30,742 nucleotides of DNA from an uncultured Candidatus Peribacteria bacterium (GCA_964428105.1 CAYRWT010000001.1:1-30742), one strand, 5' to 3'. Shown: positions 16,220 to 24,387, numbered from the stretch's first letter. Made by a program: numbers and translations. The notes: generated by a model not told the origin, from the sequence alone.

Positions 16220-17242
16220 CTAGCGGAGAAAGCTTCCCATGAGGAGTGTCATTTCTGTTACACGCATGGCATACCCCCACTCATTGTCATACCAACTGAT
16301 AATTTGTGCTGCATGTCCTCCGACTACTTTTGTGGACGGGGCGTCAATGATCGAAGAGTGAGGATCTGTCTGGAAATCAATCGAAACACACTGATCTCGA
16401 GAAATAGAGAGAATACTCTTCATCTTTGGTGTTTCACTCGCTTGTGTGAGGGCTGCAAGAATTTCCTCAGGGGTTGTAGATTTCTTGAGCGTAAATGACA
16501 TATATGCACAGCTCACTGTTGGCACAGGGACACGAAACGCCATTCCATCGATTTTTCCTTCGAGGTGAGGGAAAATTTTCACGCACGCTTTTACAGCTCC
16601 TGTCTTTGTTGGAATTACAGACATTGTTGCAGCACGCGAACGTCGAAGTTCTTCGCCACTCTCCCCTGATCGATTATCGAGAATGCTTTGCGATGCGGTA
16701 AATGCATGCACAGAACTGACAAGAAGGTACTCGATACCAAATGCTGCATCAATAACCTGAATTACCGGAGCAATACAGTTTGTTGTACAGGAGGCATTTG
16801 AAATGATATGCATGTCCGAAGTAAGTAGGTGCTCATTGATCCCCTTCACAAACATCGGTGTATCATCTTTCATGGGAGCTGTAACAATAACTTTCTTTGC
16901 TCCAGCAGCGATATGATGTGCAGCTAATTCTTTTGTCGTAAAATTGCCGGTGGATTCTATCACAATATCAATATTCTCTTCTTTCCATGGGCATTTTGCA
17001 GGGTCTCGTTCACGGACAACGCGGACCTTCTGCCCATCCACAATAAAATTCTCACCTTCAATACTGATTGGAAATGGTAGCGTTCCATGGAGTGAGTCAT
17101 ACTTTAGAAGGTATGCACGCTCTGGGGCTTGTGATGATGCGTTTACAGCGACGACTTGGACCTGATCTCTATACTTGGCGAGAAATTGACGATGTACATT
17201 GCGTCCAATTCTTCCATATCCATTGATAGCGATTCGTAACAT
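16220..17242 (-). CDS. gap: Type I glyceraldehyde-3-phosphate dehydrogenase, GapB-like (likely start MLRIAING at 17242)
   Basis: INGYGRIGR, YDSLHG, ESTG, SNASCTTNC (catalytic Cys), VHAFT, RVPVP, WYDNEWGY. Confidence 0.95.
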   Translation of the reverse strand: MLRIAINGYGRIGRNVHRQFLAKYRDQVQVVAVNASSQAPERAYLLKYDSLHGTLPFPISIEGENFIVDGQKVRVVRERDPAKCPWKEENIDIVIESTGNFTTKELAAHHIAAGAKKVIVTAPMKDDTPMFVKGINEHLLTSDMHIISNASCTTNCIAPVIQVIDAAFGIEYLLVSSVHAFTASQSILDNRSGESGEELRRSRAATMSVIPTKTGAVKACVKIFPHLEGKIDGMAFRVPVPTVSCAYMSFTLKKSTTPEEILAALTQASETPKMKSILSISRDQCVSIDFQTDPHSSIIDAPSTKVVGGHAAQIISWYDNEWGYAMRVTEMTLLMGSFLR

Positions 17243-17283
17243 AGCTTGAGAGTAATGAAATGAAGGAGGGTGATTCAATAGAT

Positions 17284-18351
17284 TTATCCGTACATCGCGA
17301 CGAGTACACCGAAGAATGTACTGAAAGCACCAATAATCCAAAAACGCATGGTTACCTTACTTTCACCCCAATTCAATGCTTCAAAGTGATGATGGAGAGG
17401 TGCAGCTTTCAAAACTTTCTGATGAAAAATTTTCTTACTACAGAGCTGGATGATCACTGAAAGCATTTCTATTACAAATACAAACCCGACAAGTGGAAGG
17501 ATGAGTATCTGATCAATCATACACGCGATCACTGCCAGTGTTCCTCCTAGCGCAAGTGCTCCAGTATCTCCCATGAAAAATTGTGCGGGAGGAACGTTGT
17601 GCCATAAGAATGCTGCAATAGCACCGATCACCACTCCGCAAAATCCTGAAAGTACAAAGAGTCCTTGAAGATATGCAATGATTCCAAAGGCACTGAAAGT
17701 AAGAACAAGAAGTCCACCAGCTAGTCCATCGAGTCCATCAGTAACATTCACTGCATTTGCAGTACCAATCACCACGAACATGAAGAGAGGAATGTAGAGG
17801 AGTCCTAGTTCAAGCTGCTCTGGTAGGTTGAGAAGCTCTGCAAATGGGATATGAATGCTGGAATATCCCAATCGGAAATAGAACCACCAAGCCGCAGCAC
17901 CGCTGATAATGAGAAGGATTAAGAGCTTGAAAATTGCACCCAGACCCTTATTTTTCCCGAGACCTTTGATATTCCAATAATCATCAATCGCCCCAAGGAT
18001 TCCCATCGAGAGAAGAATTGCCATTGGCACGTAGACTTGTCCACGTTGTAATAAGGAATGTTCGATACTACCGCTCAGCGAAAGAAAACGAGAGAGCAAG
18101 ACTGTGAGGGCAATGGATCCCCAGATGAGTATCCCTCCCATCGTTGGTACTCCTGCCTTATTTTGATGGTATGTGAGAAATGTGCTTGCTGTTCCTCCAT
18201 CGACAGCCTCAACTCGTAATTGCTTGCCGAGGCGATAATGATGCAAGAATCGTAAAAAAGGTTTTGTACAAATAAGAGCAATGATGAATGAGAGAAAGGA
18301 ATACCCCAAGATCTCTCCAAGCGAGAGCGGCGGTCGAACAAACTCAAGCAT
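17284..18351 (-). CDS. mraY: Phospho-N-acetylmuramoyl-pentapeptide transferase
   Basis: PTMGG, IDDY, NAVNVTDGLDGL, FMGDTG, APLHHHFE. Confidence 0.95.
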   Translation of the reverse strand: MLEFVRPPLSLGEILGYSFLSFIIALICTKPFLRFLHHYRLGKQLRVEAVDGGTASTFLTYHQNKAGVPTMGGILIWGSIALTVLLSRFLSLSGSIEHSLLQRGQVYVPMAILLSMGILGAIDDYWNIKGLGKNKGLGAIFKLLILLIISGAAAWWFYFRLGYSSIHIPFAELLNLPEQLELGLLYIPLFMFVVIGTANAVNVTDGLDGLAGGLLVLTFSAFGIIAYLQGLFVLSGFCGVVIGAIAAFLWHNVPPAQFFMGDTGALALGGTLAVIACMIDQILILPLVGFVFVIEMLSVIIQLCSKKIFHQKVLKAAPLHHHFEALNWGESKVTMRFWIIGAFSTFFGVLVAMYG

Positions 18352-18357
18352 GCAGGT

Positions 18358-18366
18358 ATTCTAGCA
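18358..18366 (-). promoter_or_regulatory. Extended -10 TGCTAGAAT 6 nt before the mraY ATG
   Basis: Minus strand TGC-TAGAAT-acctgc-ATG. Confidence 0.7.
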
Positions 18367-18375
18367 ACTTTCTTT

Positions 18376-19746
18376 CTATTCGTCGTCAAACTTTGCGCCA
18401 CTTCCTGAGGATGGCTTTTCCACGTCATAGAAGCGCATTTGCTCTCGCTTAAAGAGCAGCTCAACTCTTCCTGTTGGTCCATTGCGATGCTTGCGAACAT
18501 AGATATCGGTAATTCCTGGTCGATCAGAATCTTCTTCGTAATAATCTTCACGGTACATCATCAGCACAACGTCTGCATCTTGCTCAATTGAACCAGAATC
18601 ACGAAGATCAGAGAGCTGAGGGATATTTCCTGGGCGACTTTCTACCGCTCGCGAGAGCTGACTCAGGGCAACAATTGGGATTTTTAGTTCTCTTCCAAGC
18701 ATTTTTAGTGACCGGGAAATTTCGGATATTTCCTGTACACGATTCCCCATCATATTTGGTGCTCCTGTTGTCATGAGCTGCAAGAAGTCGATGATGATGA
18801 GGTCGAGACCATGCTCCATTTCAAGTCTCCTCGCTTTTGCGCGTAGTTCAGCGATAGAAGAGCCCATGGAATCATCGATGAAGATGTTTGCTTTATTGAG
18901 TTCATCCATAATCGGCCCCATGTTCTGGAAGTCTCGATCATCGAGTTTTCCCTTCTGTAGTTTCCATGAATCCACACCAAGCATCGAAGCGAAGAGACGA
19001 TCGACGAGCTGTTCTTTGCTCATTTCAAGAGAGAAAATACCAACGGTCTTATTGAACTTAATTGCTGCATTCTGTGCGATGTTCAGGGCAAGCGATGTTT
19101 TTCCCATACTTGGACGCGCAGCGATGATCACAAGGTCACTCGGCTGCAAACCGGAAAGTTTGAAATCCAGACTTGTAAATCCTGTTGGTACCCCCTTGAT
19201 GGGATTCGGATCTTTCGCTTCATGCATTTCAGCAAATCGCTCATACCTTGTGCTTAAAATATCTTTAATATGAACAAATTTTTCTTTGAGGAATGTTGTC
19301 GAAATAGTAAACACCGTTCGTTCCACTTCTTCTAAAAGTTCAGGAATGTCTTTATCTTCGTCATACCCTAATGCCTTAATTCTCTCTCCTGCGCCAATAA
19401 TACGTCGATGTACAGATTTTGCTTTCACAATTTGTGCGTATTTTGTGATGTGTGCTGATGTCGGAACGTGTGAAGCGAGTCCTGCAAGAAATGCACTTCC
19501 ACCAATGTCTTGGATCTTTCCGATATCTTGAAGTTTCGTTGCAACCGTAATGATGTCGATAGGCTGATGTGATTGATAGAGATCCATGACAGCCGCATAA
19601 ACGATGCGAAGTGTCGGATCATAAAAATCTTCAGGCTGCAAAAGATCAGAAACTTTTACAATCGCTTCAGGATCAATCAGGAGGGCTCCGAGCACTGTTC
19701 GCTCGGCTTCTATACTATTTGGCTGAACATCAAGTGTTGCTGACAT
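18376..19746 (-). CDS. dnaB: Replicative DNA helicase DnaB
   Basis: P.SIEAE..VLG, AARPSMGKT, FSLEMS, IIIDFLQLM, LSQLSR, LRDSGSIEQDAD, KHRNGPTG. No intein. Confidence 0.97.
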   Translation of the reverse strand: MSATLDVQPNSIEAERTVLGALLIDPEAIVKVSDLLQPEDFYDPTLRIVYAAVMDLYQSHQPIDIITVATKLQDIGKIQDIGGSAFLAGLASHVPTSAHITKYAQIVKAKSVHRRIIGAGERIKALGYDEDKDIPELLEEVERTVFTISTTFLKEKFVHIKDILSTRYERFAEMHEAKDPNPIKGVPTGFTSLDFKLSGLQPSDLVIIAARPSMGKTSLALNIAQNAAIKFNKTVGIFSLEMSKEQLVDRLFASMLGVDSWKLQKGKLDDRDFQNMGPIMDELNKANIFIDDSMGSSIAELRAKARRLEMEHGLDLIIIDFLQLMTTGAPNMMGNRVQEISEISRSLKMLGRELKIPIVALSQLSRAVESRPGNIPQLSDLRDSGSIEQDADVVLMMYREDYYEEDSDRPGITDIYVRKHRNGPTGRVELLFKREQMRFYDVEKPSSGSGAKFDDE

Positions 19747-19809
19747 GGAGAACGCGATTGTACCGAGACTTCTTCTTCGTTGCCACTGTCTTTCTGCGGC
19801 GATGATGTA

Positions 19810-20148
19810 TTAATTATTTTCTGGCTTACAGTCTCCCAGAAGAAGTTCAATAGCATCTTTGACAAGTGCACCAGCAACAACCACTCTCATTTCTTCATAT
19901 GATGGTCCTTTTCCTTTTACAAGACCCAGACGATCAAATCGATTTTCTTCTCTTGTTGTAAATGCAAGATTCCCACAATCATTGATTCTGCCTCTCATCT
20001 GGGAAATAAGTCCATCAATAGTTGTAATATGCGCTGTCTCCGTGAGAGCTATAAGTGCACCAGCTACGCCTTTCATTCCACTGCCTAACTTTTCATAGAC
20101 AATATTTTCTACACTCTTTCCAGCCTCATTTTTTGAAGAGGAAATCAT
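19810..20148 (-). CDS. Hypothetical 112-aa soluble protein
   Basis: ORF fills the recA-dnaB gap and has its own near-consensus promoter 8 nt upstream. No family recognised. Confidence 0.65.
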   Translation of the reverse strand: MISSSKNEAGKSVENIVYEKLGSGMKGVAGALIALTETAHITTIDGLISQMRGRINDCGNLAFTTREENRFDRLGLVKGKGPSYEEMRVVVAGALVKDAIELLLGDCKPENN

Positions 20149-20156
20149 GCAAAGTG

Positions 20157-20185
20157 ATAATAATCTAATTTTCTTAATTCGTCAA
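20157..20185 (-). promoter_or_regulatory. Promoter TTGACG-N17-TATTAT for the 112-aa gene
   Basis: Minus strand TTGACG (20185-20180), 17 nt, TATTAT (20162-20157), 8 nt, ATG. Confidence 0.7.
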
Positions 20186-20221
20186 TGCAGGAGAAGGTGT
20201 TGTGCGCATCCTCCCCCTGCA
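20186..20221 (-). terminator. GC-rich stem-loop downstream of recA
   Basis: Minus strand TGCAGGGGGAGG(A)TG-cgcacaa-CACCTTCTCCTGCA: 14 pairs including two G.U that form only on the recA strand. Only a short U tail. Confidence 0.6.
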
Positions 20222-20242
20222 GCGTGACTGTTTCTCGAAGGC

Positions 20243-21328
20243 TTATACTTGTGCCTCTTTGCGAATTTTCTCCTCGAGTTCTTTTGCAAGTTTTACATCT
20301 TTTCTTAGTGCCAGCCGTGCAGCTTCTCTCCCCTGTCCAAGAGTGAGCTCCCCCACCTTGAAGAATGCACCTGCTTTTTCGATAACACCGTATTTTACTC
20401 CGAGATCGAGAATATCGCCCTCTTTGGAAATTCCTTCTGCGTAGAGAATATCAAATTCTGCCTGGCGGAATGGTGGAGCAACTTTATTCTTTACTATTTT
20501 CACGCGTGTCCTGCTACCGACAATTTCCTGTTCGGATTCATTTTTCTCGGTAATTTTATCGATCCTGCGAACATCCATACGAATCGAAGCATAAAATTTT
20601 AAAGCGTTACCACCTGTTGTTGTTTCTGGATTTCCAAACATTACACCAATTTTCATACGCATTTGGTTGATGAAGATCACAGCGCAGTTCGTCTTACTAA
20701 CAATTGCTGTCAGTTTGCGTAACGCTTGGCTCATAAGACGTGCCTGAAGACCCATATGACTATCCCCCATCATTCCTTCAATTTCTGCCCTTGGCGTGAG
20801 TGCTGCGACAGAGTCGATCACAATGATGTCGATAGCGCCAGAACGTACGAGTTTCTCTGTGATTTCGAGTGCTTGCTCGCCATCATCTGGCTGTGAGACG
20901 AAGAGATGCTCTATATCTACGCCAATCTTCTTTGCATACTGAACATCGAGTGCGTGCTCTGCGTCGATGAACGCGGCTTTACCACCTTTTTTCTGCGCTT
21001 CTGCGATGGCATGAAGTGCAAGAGTTGTTTTACCAGAAGATTCTGGTCCAAAAATTTCGATAATTCTACTCTTTGGTATTCCTCCTCCAAGTGCGAGATC
21101 GAGGCTGAGTGATCCACTTGGGAACATTTCAATTTGAATGTGCTTTGAGTCCCCCATTTGCATGATGGCACCCGCACCAAACTGCTTCTCTATTTCAGAG
21201 AGTGCTGATGTAAGAGCTGCAGATTTTGCAGCATCCATCGCTTTTGTTGCATCGTCACGTACAGGATTATTTTGCTTCTGCGCACTTTGTGTCGCAGTTG
21301 TCGCCGTTGTTTGTTGAACCTTGGTCAT
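20243..21328 (-). CDS. recA: Recombinase RecA
   Basis: [87 protein letters not shown]. Confidence 0.98.
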   Translation of the reverse strand: MTKVQQTTATTATQSAQKQNNPVRDDATKAMDAAKSAALTSALSEIEKQFGAGAIMQMGDSKHIQIEMFPSGSLSLDLALGGGIPKSRIIEIFGPESSGKTTLALHAIAEAQKKGGKAAFIDAEHALDVQYAKKIGVDIEHLFVSQPDDGEQALEITEKLVRSGAIDIIVIDSVAALTPRAEIEGMMGDSHMGLQARLMSQALRKLTAIVSKTNCAVIFINQMRMKIGVMFGNPETTTGGNALKFYASIRMDVRRIDKITEKNESEQEIVGSRTRVKIVKNKVAPPFRQAEFDILYAEGISKEGDILDLGVKYGVIEKAGAFFKVGELTLGQGREAARLALRKDVKLAKELEEKIRKEAQV

Positions 21329-21352
21329 AGGAGGATGTGGAAAGAAGTAAGG

Positions 21353-21370
21353 GTGTAAGAATGTACACCT
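21353..21370. promoter_or_regulatory. Palindromic operator copy 1, GTGTAA-GAAT-GTACAC-CT, just downstream of the recA -10 box
   Basis: Imperfect inverted repeat, 17/18 identical to the copy at 21431-21448; overlaps the expected transcription start. Confidence 0.7.
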
Positions 21371-21398
21371 ACTGTACCTTATGATGTTCGAGCGTCAA
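21371..21398 (-). promoter_or_regulatory. recA promoter TTGACG-N16-TACAGT
   Basis: Minus strand TTGACG (21398-21393), 16 nt, TACAGT (21376-21371). Confidence 0.6.
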
Positions 21399-21430
21399 CG
21401 AGTTTCACTTGCGGGTAAAGAAAAGTTATT

Positions 21431-21448
21431 GTGTACGAATGTACACCT
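21431..21448. promoter_or_regulatory. Palindromic operator copy 2, GTGTAC-GAAT-GTACAC-CT, upstream of the recA -35 box
   Basis: Perfect 6-4-6 inverted repeat; direct repeat of 21353-21370. Confidence 0.7.
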
Positions 21449-22266
21449 TACCTCGATCTACATCTCCCAATACGATTAGAAATGTCTTGTACTTCACAAA
21501 ATTCACCCTTCGGACAGAGAAGGCCAGCAGTACCTCCACACGGAGTATTGCTACCAGAAATCACGCCACTACCTGATGAAAACTTCGAAGAAAACATTGC
21601 AGAACTCGTACTATTACTTTTAGGAATTTCTCGAAATGTTGCAAGAATATTTTCCACTTCTTTTCGACGTTCTGCTCCCATTTTAATCTTTACTAAGCTT
21701 ATTGGTTGATCAGAATGTAGAAGAAGATATGTGCGAGGTGTTGTTGAAATTTCATAAGCAAGCAATGATCCAATATTCATTTTTTTTGCAGTAGGTAAAG
21801 GTTTCACTGTTGGCGATTCTAATGTTAGAAGATTCGAGCCACTGAACGCGAGTGAAATACTTCCATCTTTTTTTATGAGAGACCATTTTGGAGGTAGTGT
21901 TAGTGCAAGGCCGAACTCAGGAATAAGCGTTTCTTTTGTTTTGCTAAGTTCCTCGAGAGTTTCGACTACAAGAACCGGCAGCTCATTTGGCACAGAATTT
22001 TTTAGAAGAGTCCCATGCACCTTCACGGTGGTTCCGCTATACGCACTCAACGAAAATGTCGTGCTTTCGATGTAAAATACTACAGCATTTGTTGAGCGAA
22101 AGAGATGTGTTCCACGGCGAACGAGGGAAATAGGCGCAGAAGAAATCGTTCCTGTTGCTGTAAAAGGACCAAGTGGCAACGAAGTATTTTCCTCTATGGA
22201 AGTCCCACAACTCGCAAGGAAGAAAGCGAAAAAAATGATTGATGATCGAGTGAAAGAATAACGCAT
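21448..22266 (-). CDS. Putative lipoprotein with C-terminal four-Cys motif
   Basis: Signal peptide MRYSFTRSSIIFFAFFLAS-C (lipobox LASC); C-terminus CGGTAGLLCPKGEFC...GRC after a Ser/Gly linker. Confidence 0.75.
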   Translation of the reverse strand: MRYSFTRSSIIFFAFFLASCGTSIEENTSLPLGPFTATGTISSAPISLVRRGTHLFRSTNAVVFYIESTTFSLSAYSGTTVKVHGTLLKNSVPNELPVLVVETLEELSKTKETLIPEFGLALTLPPKWSLIKKDGSISLAFSGSNLLTLESPTVKPLPTAKKMNIGSLLAYEISTTPRTYLLLHSDQPISLVKIKMGAERRKEVENILATFREIPKSNSTSSAMFSSKFSSGSGVISGSNTPCGGTAGLLCPKGEFCEVQDISNRIGRCRSR

Positions 22267-22309
22267 AAAGAGAGACGGAGTAGAACACTGTCTATCTTAC
22301 ACGAAAAAT

Positions 22310-23419
22310 TTAAGCAGAAGCGCTATTCTTTAGGCTAGCGTCAAATGCATATACTGCGCGACCAACACGGACGAAGTACGGCATTTTCTGAAGGTTCAAA
22401 GAAATGGTTCCTATCTTTACTGTGCGCTGCTTATTGACTTCAGCGATGATCTCTTTTTTGCTGAGTGGTCCTTTCTTTATCAAAATATTTTCGATGACAT
22501 CAGCAACTGTTCCTGGTTCATACCCCCAATCTCGTAGAGCATAGAGACCACGGCCAACAAGGACGAATTGAGGATAGCGAATCAGTTCATTGTGCACAGC
22601 TTGTACAGTAACGTTTTTGTGATCGAAGGATGCTTCTTTGATACGGTTTGCAATTTCGAGGAAGTGGAGTGGTTTTCCTGTCTTTTTGAGGATGATCTCG
22701 ACCTTATCGCGGATAGAGCGTGGACGAACGAATCTCCATTCAGTAAGTCCCCAACCATCAGCAATTTCCTTTAAACGCTCATCGACGGAAAGACAGCTTA
22801 AGACTAGCTCTGTCGTTGGTGTCTTTGCTTCGAAGTTTGGCATTGCTTGTATCGAAGAGACGAGTTCCTGTGCCTTCATACAAGAGTGACGCTTGGAAAG
22901 AAATTTTACTGCGTGATCCACGATGACATTTACCTCTTCTGCTGCAACAGCGGAGAGGCGCCAGAATGACTTATAGCTAGGACGACCGCCTTCTGCAGTC
23001 ATCTCGTTATCAATACTGAAGGAGAGACGAAGGATCGAACCGTCGATGACATCGGTACCTGTTGGAAGACGTTTTAAGACTGCAGAGATAAGATCGCTTG
23101 CAAGCATGAGTCCACCGTGTGCACGAAGAATAGCTTTTCCTATTTCATTCACCTCATTCAAGCGTGTTGTGCGAACAGTGCGACGAAGCTTCGCGATAGC
23201 GATGTTCTCGATCTGACGGATGCGTTCGCGTGTGACATTGAAATGCTTGCCAATCTTCTCGAGTGTCTGCTTATTTCCATCGAGCAGAGCGAAACGTCGC
23301 TTCACTACCTCTACTTCCTTTGGTGTAAGTACAAGGAAAAGGTCTCCGAGAAGATCCTTGAGGTTAATTGCAAGTGGCTTCGTCTGTGTACCAGAGGTTT
23401 GAGCGGAAGCAGGGATCAT
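22310..23419 (-). CDS. Sigma70 region-4 HTH fused to tandem HARE-HTH/RNAP-delta-like winged helices
   Basis: LTPKEVEVVKRRFAL...TLEKIGKHFNVTRERIRQIENIAIAKLR (sigma r4). C-terminal repeats IL..TGKPLHF.EI...F.LVGRGLYAL..W and IL..KGPL...EII...F.RVGRAVY. No sigma region 2. Confidence 0.8.
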   Translation of the reverse strand: MIPASAQTSGTQTKPLAINLKDLLGDLFLVLTPKEVEVVKRRFALLDGNKQTLEKIGKHFNVTRERIRQIENIAIAKLRRTVRTTRLNEVNEIGKAILRAHGGLMLASDLISAVLKRLPTGTDVIDGSILRLSFSIDNEMTAEGGRPSYKSFWRLSAVAAEEVNVIVDHAVKFLSKRHSCMKAQELVSSIQAMPNFEAKTPTTELVLSCLSVDERLKEIADGWGLTEWRFVRPRSIRDKVEIILKKTGKPLHFLEIANRIKEASFDHKNVTVQAVHNELIRYPQFVLVGRGLYALRDWGYEPGTVADVIENILIKKGPLSKKEIIAEVNKQRTVKIGTISLNLQKMPYFVRVGRAVYAFDASLKNSASA

Positions 23420-23468
23420 AGAGATGGGCGGAGGAAGGGAACCACACCGTTATACAAGAATTTTGACA

Positions 23469-23499
23469 GAAAAGAAAGGTCTAGTTTTGAGAACCTTTC
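23469..23499 (-). terminator. Candidate intrinsic terminator after ruvX
   Basis: Minus strand GAAAGGT-tctcaaaactag-ACCTTTC followed by TTTTCT. Confidence 0.45.
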
Positions 23500-23587
23500 A
23501 CTCTGAGGGTGTGCCGATTTTTTTGCGAAGTGAAGCATAAGACTGAGATTCAGTGAATTGTCAAAATGGTGTATATCATATAATTTT

Positions 23588-23989
23588 TTATAAAGATGTC
23601 AATAGTTTCTTTCTTCGTGACATTTCAATCTCAAGAATTGTGCAAGCTGCACGCGCATCATCATCCGCTCCGGAGAAGCCCTCTTTTGAGGAAGTAAAGC
23701 GTTCATCGATGTATATGATCTCTATTGTTGGCACTTTCTTCTGTAATGCTTTGCCAACCTCACGCACGTATTCTGCCTGGCTTCCTTCCTCTCCTTGTGG
23801 AAGGCGTGGGAGGCCAAGGATCACTATGTTGCACTGATGTTTTTGGAGCATTGCAAGAATACCATCAACACACTCCCATATCGTACTATGACGCAGTGAG
23901 GATAAGGCGATAATGCAATCTGATGAAATATACCCAAGAGCACAACCCGTCTTGCGTTTCCCGATATCGAGGCTAAGGATGGTGTTCAC
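23588..23989 (-). CDS. ruvX: YqgF/RuvX-family nuclease (GTG start)
   Basis: LSLDIGKRKTGCA, VILGLP, IDERFTS, DDARAACTILE. Confidence 0.92.
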   Translation of the reverse strand: MNTILSLDIGKRKTGCALGYISSDCIIALSSLRHSTIWECVDGILAMLQKHQCNIVILGLPRLPQGEEGSQAEYVREVGKALQKKVPTIEIIYIDERFTSSKEGFSGADDDARAACTILEIEMSRRKKLLTSL

Positions 23990-23998
23990 AGGATCATC

Positions 23999-24262
23999 TT
24001 ACGCCTTTTTAGCTACAAGCTTTGAAAGGGCAGATTTTTTATGAGCAGCGTTCTTCCAGTGAATGAGATTCTTCTTTGCAGCAAGGTCAATCTTTTTGAA
24101 TGCATTGCTTAGAGCTTTTTGTGCTTCAGGAAGCTTCCCTTCCTTTGCAAGGTCTTGGATAGAACGAATCGCTGTCTTCATCGCAGTATTCATTGGGCGA
24201 CGACGCTCACGTCGAACTTCTGACTGACGTGCGTGCTTTACGGAGGCTTGTAGGACTGGCAT
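23999..24262 (-). CDS. rpsT: 30S ribosomal protein S20 (87 aa; likely start MPVLQAS at 24262)
   Basis: ASVKHARQSEVRRERRR...MKTAIR...IDLAAKKNLIHWKNAAHKKSAL. The ORF-track extension to 24388 is not supported. Confidence 0.93.
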   Translation of the reverse strand: MPVLQASVKHARQSEVRRERRRPMNTAMKTAIRSIQDLAKEGKLPEAQKALSNAFKKIDLAAKKNLIHWKNAAHKKSALSKLVAKKA

Positions 24263-24271
24263 AGCGGACGC

Positions 24272-24300
24272 AGGGTACGGGAGTAGAAAGCTGAAGTCAA
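24272..24300 (-). promoter_or_regulatory. rpsT promoter TTGACT-N17-TACCCT
   Basis: Minus strand TTGACT (24300-24295), 17 nt, TACCCT (24277-24272), 9 nt, ATG. Confidence 0.65.
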
Positions 24301-24387
24301 ATTCTCTGAAAAGAAAAATGAATGAGGTGTCTCGATTATCTATGCTACTATTTAGAGCGTACTTCTTTCGTTTTGATTTTCTCGTCA

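Noticed and set aside
18773-19273. Long antisense ORFs (e.g. 18773-19273, 4300-4731, 182-613, 18075-18551, 6825-7250)
   Set aside because: They are shadows of well-supported genes on the opposite strand, with no motifs or start signals of their own.
23460-23567. 9-bp inverted repeat ATTTTGACA / TGTCAAAAT as ends of a miniature mobile element
   Set aside because: Short, no flanking target duplication, and each copy is simply a TTGACA-containing word; neither has a well-spaced -10.
23568-23598. dif-like site (GGTGTATATCATATAATTTTTTATAAAG)
   Set aside because: Only a partial match to the XerD arm TTATGTTAAAT and no CATAA/TTATG core symmetry.
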